Shown here in pieces: positions 1-8,325 of a stretch of 64,000 bases of DNA. The stretch's first letter is position 1. Every line of letters begins with the position of its first letter. The stretch is from a virus (lineage: Duplodnaviria; Caudoviricetes). Location of the stretch: IMG/VR virus record IMGVR_UViG_3300031953_000001; one strand, written 5' to 3'. Under the pieces are notes generated by a model. That model was not told where the DNA came from, did no database searches, and was given only the letters and a program-made list of their open reading frames with translations. Made by a program: the position numbers and the translations under genes.

Positions 1-666
1 GGTGCCTTAGGGGTAATGAACAGCGCAGGCGAGTTATACGTCAACAGCGCTAACGCCCGTCGTACCTTTGAGCAAAACTCCACGCTGATGCGTCGAGTGT
101 CTCAGGGGTTGTTACGAGGCGAGTGGGGACATCCTGACCCAGCGGACAGTCCCAACTTCTTGGCGTTCGAATCTCGGGTGCGGAAGATCAAAGAAGACCG
201 CATCTCCCACCACATCTCCAAAGTGTGGCTGGAAGAGATTGACTATAAGGGAAAGAAGACCTTGGCCATCTTAGGCAAGGTCAAACCCTGCGGTCCTTAC
301 GGCAAAGCGTTGGAAGAATCCATCAACAACCCGCAAGAGAACGTGACCTTCTCAGGTCGTTATTACTCCAACGTGGGTACGGTTGGTGCCATTCGACAAC
401 GAGAGATACACACAGTTGCGACTTGGGACTTTGTGTCTGAGCCGGGGATTGAGTGCGCCAGCAAGTACGCGTCACCCTCGCTGGAAGATCGGGGTGGAAT
501 GATGATTGATGTCGCTCGTATGCAACAAGCGGTGGCGTTAGAAGCGCGTAACGTGGAAGCGTCTATGTCCATGGAATCTTCGGGTGGGTATCTGGCCAAA
601 GACTTGATGGCGGATCTGGGGTTCAAACCTCAAACTCGAACCAAGCATGGGTATTTGGAGTGGTGA
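1..666 (+). CDS. Prohead (head maturation) serine protease, phiKZ gp175/SPN3US gp245-like; 5'-truncated by the window
   Basis: The frame is open from base 1 (GALGVMNSAG...). Motifs LRGEWGHP, ISHHI and GKVKPCGPYG resemble phiKZ-type prohead proteases (recalled, not searched). Confidence 0.85.
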   Translation, partial: GALGVMNSAGELYVNSANARRTFEQNSTLMRRVSQGLLRGEWGHPDPADSPNFLAFESRVRKIKEDRISHHISKVWLEEIDYKGKKTLAILGKVKPCGPYGKALEESINNPQENVTFSGRYYSNVGTVGAIRQREIHTVATWDFVSEPGIECASKYASPSLEDRGGMMIDVARMQQAVALEARNVEASMSMESSGGYLAKDLMADLGFKPQTRTKHGYLEW

Positions 667-837
667 GGGTTGATCTTACCAACCCAAGTTCTCTTTAAGG
701 TGAGTCTCTGGGTAAACGGCATAAGGGAAGGCGTTTGCCTTCCCTTATGCCGTCTGGGCGGTGTGATAGAGCACTTATGTGTGTCTCTCAAAGTGCACTG
801 AAATGGACCTATACAATGACTTACATCGGAGGTACCT

Positions 838-1386
838 GTGACCCAATTCAAAGACTACTCTTACTTAACCCTTGATCGTAATCGCCCTGTGGTCTTCTTA
901 GACTTGTGTGGGGTGTTAAACAACTATCTCAGTAACCACAGCCCTTGGGCTGAAACCGCAGTCCAGACCCGATGGTTAGGACACGATCACGTGGATGCGT
1001 ATAAGGCCGATCTACTGTTTGCGCTGTTTCGACATTACCGGGTTCAGGTGGTGATGGTGTCTTCCTGGGTGGGAAGCCATTTAGATCAGCGCCATTCGGA
1101 TATTCAACGACTGATCGATTTCTTCGACTACCCAGACGTGGTTGGAAGCGTCAACACCGGCGGTGGTGTCGGCCGTGGTGAGTCGGTGGTGGCTTGTGTG
1201 CATCAACATCAACTGACGCGCTGGGCGGTGGTGGACGATGCTAATCGATTGTACAACTTGTCGGCATTGGGGGTAGGTCGCCTCTTTTCACCGCACGGGC
1301 GGTATGGCATCACCGATTGGTTACTGGAATCGCTAGAATGGCAGGCACTCTCAGAGACGCCTGAAGAGATGTTTATTCACCCCTAG
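838..1386 (+). CDS. HAD-superfamily protein (Swiss-Army-Knife RNA-repair-like HAD)
   Basis: Motif I-like VFLDLCGVLN, motif II VSSW and motif IV VVDD; SD GGAGG upstream of a GTG start. Confidence 0.7.
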   Translation: MTQFKDYSYLTLDRNRPVVFLDLCGVLNNYLSNHSPWAETAVQTRWLGHDHVDAYKADLLFALFRHYRVQVVMVSSWVGSHLDQRHSDIQRLIDFFDYPDVVGSVNTGGGVGRGESVVACVHQHQLTRWAVVDDANRLYNLSALGVGRLFSPHGRYGITDWLLESLEWQALSETPEEMFIHP

Positions 1387-1600
1387 GCCAACATTGGTCT
1401 CAGGTGACATGTGGCCACCACAGCCAATCTGAGGACCGTACACACCTACTCTAGATTATTTCAACGATATATCATCGAGGTGCCTATACATACGTGGGTC
1501 TCGCCGTGCGTAATTCGTAACAGGTCGGCCTGCTTTGTATGTCAAGCACAACACGCGTGTTTAGAAATGTACCAACCAAACCAACTAAGGGATATTCCTA

Positions 1601-2071
1601 ATGTCTGACATTAAACCTCACGTCATCGCACTTGCCGCTAAACTGAAACCGGGTTTGAAACTCGGGGAAGGCGGTGTGATCATTGCTGATAAGGATCTGT
1701 ACGAACAGAGCCTGCCAGACGAACTTACCATGGACAGCGTAAACGCGGTGTACGCCCACACCGAGAACCTGGTGGCTGGACTTACCCTGGCTACTGGCGA
1801 GATAGCCGAAGAAGCCATGAAGAAAGATAAAAAGCTGGACAGCGTGTCGTCGGAGCTGAAGATCGGTAAGCATGCCGAAATCAACGTTGGTTACCTAAGG
1901 TCGCAGCAGCAAAAGATCCGCGATCTGCAAAACCCGAAGAACCCACCCCGCGACGTAGTTAAATACGGTGTAACCACCGCGCGCGTTAAGACCCTGGGTC
2001 AGAAGAACAAAGGCGAACTCAAGAAAGTCCGCAGTGAACTCAGCGCCAAAGCCGAAGGGTTGTTTAAGTAG
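1601..2071 (+). CDS. Hypothetical jumbo-phage protein (Lys-rich)
   Basis: 156-aa ORF with SD AAGGGA, followed by a terminator hairpin. Confidence 0.75.
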   Translation: MSDIKPHVIALAAKLKPGLKLGEGGVIIADKDLYEQSLPDELTMDSVNAVYAHTENLVAGLTLATGEIAEEAMKKDKKLDSVSSELKIGKHAEINVGYLRSQQQKIRDLQNPKNPPRDVVKYGVTTARVKTLGQKNKGELKKVRSELSAKAEGLFK

Positions 2072-2091
2072 TAAACCTGAGCATCGAACTG

Positions 2092-2120
2092 GCCTGGGGG
2101 TAACAGCCCCCAGGCTTTAT
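2092..2120 (+). terminator. Intrinsic terminator-like hairpin
   Basis: GCCTGGGGG-taacag-CCCCCAGGC followed by TTTAT. Confidence 0.65.
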
Positions 2121-2265
2121 GCCGTGGTCTCTTATACCCGGTGCCATCGGTTGTTTTTTGTGTGTCTGAGTGTGTTTCACTCGGAATTGTATGACACAGA
2201 CCAACTCGGCCGTCGCCGGGTACTTGACCACACGACGAGGAGCTACTTTCGTCTGGAGGATTGTC

Positions 2266-2928
2266 ATGATTAATCCACGCATTCGGTTGCTGCTTGACCC
2301 TCAATTTATTCGGTTCTCAGCCGACAGTTATCAATGGGCGCTGACCGCCGATCAAGAATACCACACCCTATCTCCATCGAGTCGTGCTGACATAGATTGT
2401 TATCGTCGAGGTGTGGTGTACACAGACACAGCCGTTGAGCTGATCAACGTTGAATTTAAAGACGTGCTTAAGGCCGATCGGTTAGGTAGAATCGTCGAAG
2501 CCGACGCTAAGCGGTCATGGTTGATCGTCAATCGCGCAACGCCAATCGATCCCCTAGGATTGGCATACACCTGGTTCATCACGCGGATCTCGTTGTACGT
2601 TCCAGACCGACACGGTCGGGTTCACCGTCCGATACCTGAATCCTTAGACCGCGGGGGAGTGATCGATCATCTGTTCCGTCAGTTTTTAAGTTGGGCGGAT
2701 AAGAACAATCACTTAACTGCTTTGAGTCCCACGCCCGAACAACCGGCGTTTATCGATGAGATCGAAGGATTGTTTACCACTACCGTTGATGTCTTGACTG
2801 CCAGTAACCCATACGTTCAACAGATCTTTAAAGACAACGCCCTGGCCGAGACCTTGATTGCATCCACCCAGATCAAAGATAGTCACACCAGCACAGAGCC
2901 GATTGCCCAAATGGGGACCGGTAACTAA
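2266..2928 (+). CDS. Hypothetical protein
   Basis: ATG at 2266 preceded by GGAGGA; in frame with track ORF 2170..2928. Confidence 0.7.
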   Translation: MINPRIRLLLDPQFIRFSADSYQWALTADQEYHTLSPSSRADIDCYRRGVVYTDTAVELINVEFKDVLKADRLGRIVEADAKRSWLIVNRATPIDPLGLAYTWFITRISLYVPDRHGRVHRPIPESLDRGGVIDHLFRQFLSWADKNNHLTALSPTPEQPAFIDEIEGLFTTTVDVLTASNPYVQQIFKDNALAETLIASTQIKDSHTSTEPIAQMGTGN

Positions 2929-2946
2929 CGGAGGTACCACCGCCGA

Positions 2947-3411
2947 GTGAACATTCTAGATGCATTGGGTAATGTGTTAGAACGCCGCGTGTCGGTCATA
3001 AAGATCGATGTGGTTTTAGGCATTCGTTTTATTGATGAGGTTCACGACTACACCAGAGTCGACCTCATTGCGCATTACCTAAGTAAACATAACGTCACCC
3101 TGTACTGTCACGACTTTGAACGGGCAGAACACATTAGACGGTTGCATCAGATGCACATTTTTGATCACGTTAAATCCATGTCCACCTCCACCACCTATTT
3201 TGCCGATACTCTGTCGGTGATGTACGAATGGATCGGACGACACAAATACGTCTATTGTACCGATCAACGCAAGGACGCTTACCGGTTGTTCGTCTTGTTG
3301 TGTGAAAGCTATCGATGTACCAGCGTGTTAAACTTGAAAGAGGATTTGCGTGAATTTATGTTTAACTATATCTACTCGCGGGATTTTATAGACCACAACT
3401 TATCTATTTAA
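2947..3411 (+). CDS. Hypothetical protein
   Basis: 154-aa ORF, SD GGAGG, GTG start, operon spacing. Confidence 0.65.
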   Translation: MNILDALGNVLERRVSVIKIDVVLGIRFIDEVHDYTRVDLIAHYLSKHNVTLYCHDFERAEHIRRLHQMHIFDHVKSMSTSTTYFADTLSVMYEWIGRHKYVYCTDQRKDAYRLFVLLCESYRCTSVLNLKEDLREFMFNYIYSRDFIDHNLSI

Positions 3412-3423
3412 GCGAGTGCTGGT

Positions 3424-3810
3424 ATGTCTCAATGCACCATTTACACCGTTCAGATCAACCACCTACGTGAAGCTATACTGAAAGACATCCCGGCGATTGA
3501 CATCACCGTGAAATCTGGGGAGTTGGCCTTTGCCCCCACTTGGGATATGGTCTGGGGGTCTAAGATGGGAACCTTATCCAACGCCCGGTACGAGGCGGAG
3601 TATACCGAGATGATGCTTGCCAGTCAGAAAAAGCACCCTGAAGTATGGCAGAAGGCCTTAGCCTTAACCGAAGTGGCCTTAGCGTGTTATTGTCCTCCGG
3701 GCAAGTTTTGTCATCGTCATTTATTAAAACGTATGCTCATCAATCTCCACTTACGCGAAGGCGTGGACGTGGTGGATGGGGGCGAATTCCTACCACAAGG
3801 AACACCGTGA
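3424..3810 (+). CDS. DUF488-like protein
   Basis: Motifs FAPTWDMV and LACYC...FCHRHLL are typical of DUF488-related phage proteins. Confidence 0.65.
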   Translation: MSQCTIYTVQINHLREAILKDIPAIDITVKSGELAFAPTWDMVWGSKMGTLSNARYEAEYTEMMLASQKKHPEVWQKALALTEVALACYCPPGKFCHRHLLKRMLINLHLREGVDVVDGGEFLPQGTP

Positions 3811-4199
3811 TGTTAAAGAAGACCTTATTTGAAATACACGATGAAGACCGGGCCTTAACCATAGAGCAGCTCGCAGAAGCGGTCCACGAGGCCAACCGCG
3901 CCTATTGCCTTGCACAAGGCGACCAAAGCCAGCCCTCCTGGGATGCGTGCAGTGAGGACGTCCGTGCAGGCACTCTCGACGGGGTAGTGTTTCATCTGGA
4001 TAATCCAGAAGCCACCGCCGATGGGTCTCATGAGAACTGGATGAACCATAAAACACAAGAAGGTTGGACGTACGGCGAGGTTAAAAGCGAAGCCGATAAG
4101 ACTCACCCCTCAATTGTTGCGTTCAACGACCTTCCTGAAAAGGAAAAGGTCAAAGACTATCTGTTCGAATGTTTGGTACGGACCCTCAGTAGTTTCTGA
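3810..4199 (+). CDS. RyR (ryanodine-receptor repeat) domain protein
   Basis: HENW...EGWTYGEVKSEADKTHPSIVAFNDLPEKEKVKD is the RyR-domain signature; the ATG overlaps the upstream TGA. Confidence 0.8.
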   Translation: MLKKTLFEIHDEDRALTIEQLAEAVHEANRAYCLAQGDQSQPSWDACSEDVRAGTLDGVVFHLDNPEATADGSHENWMNHKTQEGWTYGEVKSEADKTHPSIVAFNDLPEKEKVKDYLFECLVRTLSSF

Positions 4200-4212
4200 A
4201 AACCGCATAAGA

Positions 4213-4241
4213 GGAGAGGCTTCGGCCTCTCCTTATTTTTT
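4213..4241 (+). terminator. Intrinsic terminator
   Basis: GGAGAGGC-ttcg-GCCTCTCC followed by TTATTTTTT. Confidence 0.85.
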
Positions 4242-4262
4242 GTCTCGATAACACGAAGACGT

Positions 4263-4288
4263 AAAATAGGGGAGCCCTGAGGCTCCCC
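4263..4288 (-). terminator. Intrinsic terminator of the sheath-tube operon
   Basis: GGGGAGCC-ctga-GGCTCCCC with an A-tract on the + strand left side (U-tract on the minus strand). Confidence 0.75.
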
Positions 4289-4307
4289 TGGGTGTGCTTC
4301 ACTGCGT

Positions 4308-5180
4308 TTAGCTTTCGCCTACACCGCTCTGCGCTGCCGCTGCAAGATCTTCCTTGTAGCCGCTCTGAACCGCTGCATTGACGTTCGCATCAATCGCGTT
4401 AACGAAAGCGGGACGTTGCATTGGGCCTGCATTGACGTAACTGAGCTCATCCAGAATGGTCTGGGCAAACCGACGTGTACCTTGGCTGACAACAGGCATG
4501 CCTGCAAATTCAACCGACAATTCTGGTACGTCAGCACCTGCGGTCAGGTCCATCTGAGACTCAAGTTCCCCTGCGGTCATTGGGAACATGTTGGTTACCA
4601 ACCAAGCTTCCACCACGTGACGACGCAGCGGATCGGGTTCAATGTACAGCGTTGTAAAGCTGTAAATGTCCGCCAGCTGATCCGTCGGGGGGTTTTCCCC
4701 ACTCATGATGCCAGGTTGTTTGGTGATGGGTTCTGCGATCAAGTTCCGAATGTAAGCCTGCCAGAAGTTATGGATGGCTCGACCATAGCGCTCATCCCAC
4801 ACGTGTGTGGGAGTAGACATGGTTTCGGTGACGTTGGTCGGATCGCGTTGCATGTGACCCGCACCGCCTACCGGACGCTCGGATGATTCAACCGTCAACC
4901 CGGTCCGAAGACCGGTGATGTTCTTTGACTGGTTTTCGATCAGAGATTTAAGAACCGCCACCCACTTCTGTGGATTGGGTAGGTTCTGGAAGCCCCGAGG
5001 GGCCTCCACTAAGATCGGAATCAAGTTCCGGGGCGTATACCCGGTGTTGGATACGTAGGCCCCAAAGTCCGGCTGAAAGCCGTACTGACCGCCGAGCGAA
5101 ACGTCAATCATAGGCGTTTGACCATCTCGCCCTTGGTTATACGCCTGCGCGTCGATCAGGGTACCTTTGAGTCGTGACAT
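4308..5180 (-). CDS. Tail tube protein (phiKZ gp30-like)
   Basis: 290 aa directly downstream of the sheath gene; YIEPDP...AWLVTNMFP motif and size match phiKZ-type tube proteins. Confidence 0.85.
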   Translation of the reverse strand: MSRLKGTLIDAQAYNQGRDGQTPMIDVSLGGQYGFQPDFGAYVSNTGYTPRNLIPILVEAPRGFQNLPNPQKWVAVLKSLIENQSKNITGLRTGLTVESSERPVGGAGHMQRDPTNVTETMSTPTHVWDERYGRAIHNFWQAYIRNLIAEPITKQPGIMSGENPPTDQLADIYSFTTLYIEPDPLRRHVVEAWLVTNMFPMTAGELESQMDLTAGADVPELSVEFAGMPVVSQGTRRFAQTILDELSYVNAGPMQRPAFVNAIDANVNAAVQSGYKEDLAAAAQSGVGES

Positions 5181-5205
5181 AATTCAATACTCCGTTGACG
5201 ATGGA

Positions 5206-7275
5206 TTAACCGGCGAAGTCGCTGCGGCGACGGGCGACGATGGTGTAGGTACCGACGGTCATCATGTTGTTTAAGTACAACGCGATGTCACAGCTCCAGG
5301 AATACCCCAAGGCATCATCGAAATCGGTGAAGTAGGTCCGAGGCTCTACAATCACACGATCGTCGAATCGATCTTGCGTCTTGTCGATGATCAGTTGGTT
5401 GCTGCGCTCAATGAACTGCTCGCGTGTCAACTTGCTGGTACCGGTCAGTTCACGCCAAGCCCGCTCGGCGACTTTCTCAATTTCAACGATGATCATCATG
5501 TTGATGGCGGAGTTGAGTACCGAGGTGGAGTCGTCGTACACCGTTTGCACGGCTGGGAAGAACAACGACCGACGGTCAAAGTTCTGTACCCACACCAAAC
5601 CGGAGTCCCAATCGCGATCGTACACCCGTTGTGGCTTGTAGGTGCAGTTGACGTCTTTGAACATGGTGATCTGGTTGTACGGCGCAGTATCAAACCCGCG
5701 ATCGCGTGCCCAGTAACCGTTGCCGGCGCCCATGAACCGAGACATCTTATCCGCAAGCTCCAAAGTCAAAGGCAGTAAGCCTTTGTATTGACTGTTGAGC
5801 ATGTGTCCGGAGTGACCCACCACCAGAGCCCGACACACAGGGGTGCCAAAGACTTCGGATTCTGGGTACATACGTGCAGCAGCACGCAGGGCAATAGCGA
5901 CGGAGGTCTCTTCTTCCGCGGTGTTCTGACGGAAACCTGGGGTGGTGACGTCTTGAGTCGAGAGGATCACCGAGATGTCTTTACGACGGCCGATTGGCGT
6001 CAGCATCTTCTTCTTAGTGTCCAACGTGAACCCGGTGTCCCAAATAATGGACTGTGGGTACATGGCACTGTCGAGGAAGTTAAAATCCAGATCGCCGTAG
6101 TTGACCAACTGATTGGCAACCAACGCATCGAACGTAACGTTGTCCAAAGAACCATCAAATCCGCCGGTGGCGTAATGGTTGGTAGAACCCGTCAATTCAA
6201 TACCGCCTTCGGCTTTGCCCAACACCTGGATGGTGTGGTACTCAACGCCGCTGACGGTTTTGCCGCCAACGATGTTGACCAGGTGACGCCCTACGTCTGC
6301 ATCTGCTGGCCACTCAGGTTGATGCACAAGCTCGGTGTTGTACAGCATGTCCAGAATCGTCTGGAGGTTGTCGTGGTAAACGTGTAGGCCGTTGAACGGA
6401 CCAAACTGCTTGGGTGCGTTGTCCAGATCGCGGTACGCATCCAGTAAGATCTGATCGATGAACAGTTCACTGTCGGTGCGGGTGTTGATGGCGCCTTCTT
6501 TAAACGAGAACTGCACACTCTGAGAACCGGACATGGTTTGCACCACGTTGGGTTGACTCTTAGCGTCAGGACGCTCGATCATCTGAATGCGATACAAGAA
6601 CGCATTTTGGTCAGCGATGACTTCTTCATCGGCGGGGTCGGACGCAGATTCGGTGGTCGGAGCCCAAAGACGGATGCCTTTTAGGTTACCATGAGAACCG
6701 AAGTCAGCGACTTGCAGATCGGCGATGGGGTAAATAGTGGATTGCGCTGTGTCGCCTGCGTTTGACAGAGACCCAGCCATGGATTGACCCGTACCGATGG
6801 CATTGTCCGTCAGCTCACGCAGAACCCAACGGGTTTTGTGGCCAGGGATCATATCGCCAGTAGGAATAGGGTTGCCGTCCTGATCCAGAGTCAGGCTGTC
6901 GTCGTCTCCCCGTTCGTACACCGGGACGTCATCGGCAAGGACTTCCAGCGCCAGACCCAGAGTGGCAGGCGGTGCTGCGTCCTCAGGCTTCATGCGCTGA
7001 ATCATCATCGCGTTACCATTGCCATTGACAATGTTGGTCAACAGAGTTTGATGGTTGGCGTACTTACTGCGTACATCAAACGTTTTCGCACCGTACATCC
7101 GGGTGGCGGAACCACCAGAGACTAACTGGGCGTCTAACGGCCCCTTTTCTGTGAACAGAAAAATATGCGGCAGGTGGGAAGGGATCTGTTCCGGAACAAC
7201 CGGAAGTATACCTCCAGATTCGTCCTTAACCCCTTGCAAAATCGCCTTAGGGGCGGCATTCAAGATGGCGCTCAT
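5206..7275 (-). CDS. Contractile tail sheath protein (phiKZ gp29-like)
   Basis: 689 aa; N-terminal HLPHIFLFTEKGP and C-terminal WVQNFDRRSLFFPAVQTVYDDSTSVL resemble phiKZ gp29. Confidence 0.9.
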   Translation of the reverse strand: MSAILNAAPKAILQGVKDESGGILPVVPEQIPSHLPHIFLFTEKGPLDAQLVSGGSATRMYGAKTFDVRSKYANHQTLLTNIVNGNGNAMMIQRMKPEDAAPPATLGLALEVLADDVPVYERGDDDSLTLDQDGNPIPTGDMIPGHKTRWVLRELTDNAIGTGQSMAGSLSNAGDTAQSTIYPIADLQVADFGSHGNLKGIRLWAPTTESASDPADEEVIADQNAFLYRIQMIERPDAKSQPNVVQTMSGSQSVQFSFKEGAINTRTDSELFIDQILLDAYRDLDNAPKQFGPFNGLHVYHDNLQTILDMLYNTELVHQPEWPADADVGRHLVNIVGGKTVSGVEYHTIQVLGKAEGGIELTGSTNHYATGGFDGSLDNVTFDALVANQLVNYGDLDFNFLDSAMYPQSIIWDTGFTLDTKKKMLTPIGRRKDISVILSTQDVTTPGFRQNTAEEETSVAIALRAAARMYPESEVFGTPVCRALVVGHSGHMLNSQYKGLLPLTLELADKMSRFMGAGNGYWARDRGFDTAPYNQITMFKDVNCTYKPQRVYDRDWDSGLVWVQNFDRRSLFFPAVQTVYDDSTSVLNSAINMMIIVEIEKVAERAWRELTGTSKLTREQFIERSNQLIIDKTQDRFDDRVIVEPRTYFTDFDDALGYSWSCDIALYLNNMMTVGTYTIVARRRSDFAG

Positions 7276-7410
7276 TCGAGCCTCCTTTTTAACTAACCAT
7301 GGTCAGAGTCAGATTCTATGATCGATGCCGTCGCATCTTCATAGAATTACAGACGCATTTGACCGGAATGTGGAAATTAACAGGTCTTTATCTTACATCG
7401 GAGTGTAACT

Positions 7411-8307
7411 ATGTTTATCTCACCCTACCACACGACAGCGTGTCGCAACCATCGGATGGAGGACATCCACCGTGAACTCACCAACCTTTTCTTACAAGAC
7501 GAACTGCGTCATCTCAACGGTCGTGTTTATCTGGTAGGCGATGAGCATACACAATTAAAGCCGTTCGCTCACCCCATCGTCATGGCTAATCCACACAACC
7601 GGCGCGACACAATCATTGTCGCCGACAGCCGGTCGGTGGCTAGGGCCTCACGTGAGACCGGTGAACTTAAAGGCGGTTCCGATTTTGAGTACCTGAAGCT
7701 TCGAAGTCAGTTAATGGACCTTGCCTGGATCGACGGGACTGGTAACGACCTGCTGAACGCTGGCGACTTTCAAGTCCGCGTGTATTCTCGGTTGATGGCG
7801 GAGAACCTGGGTCGACGTATGAACCTGTCGTTGGATACCCAAGCCACGATACAAGTAATCGCAGCGATGTTTTACATCTCGCTGTTTTACGACGAGCTGC
7901 CAGAGGGTGAGGAATTCCTTTTGAAGTCGGCCAAACGCATCAGTCGCTCTGTGGGTATTCCCGTGCCGACTGTGTTGGCTCTCATCGAAGAAATCCCGCC
8001 CATGAAAGATCTGACGGCGTTTACTGAAACACTGGTGACGCACGGTCACAGCGTTCGATTAGAGAAACTCAAGCCTGGGTTCTTGTACACCATGCTTGGG
8101 GGGATCTGGTTCGGGGCCCACAGCGTTGAGAACGTTGCCGTGGCGTTGGAACACCCACCCACCTTTTGTGCCATGCTGCAATTGGTCGTGTTGGATCGCA
8201 GTTATCGTAAGAGTATTCTCGGACAATTGATCCAAAGGATCGACCGCCGCAACGAATTGGGCGAGACCTTTTCATACCATCTGCAAAGGATGGTTTCCGT
8301 ATCGTAA
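7411..8307 (+). CDS. Virion structural protein (phiKZ gp28-like)
   Basis: Divergent from the sheath gene and first in the gp28-27-26-terminase order; SD GGAG. Confidence 0.7.
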   Translation: MFISPYHTTACRNHRMEDIHRELTNLFLQDELRHLNGRVYLVGDEHTQLKPFAHPIVMANPHNRRDTIIVADSRSVARASRETGELKGGSDFEYLKLRSQLMDLAWIDGTGNDLLNAGDFQVRVYSRLMAENLGRRMNLSLDTQATIQVIAAMFYISLFYDELPEGEEFLLKSAKRISRSVGIPVPTVLALIEEIPPMKDLTAFTETLVTHGHSVRLEKLKPGFLYTMLGGIWFGAHSVENVAVALEHPPTFCAMLQLVVLDRSYRKSILGQLIQRIDRRNELGETFSYHLQRMVSVS

Positions 8308-8325
8308 CCGACGTAGGATCGTGGT

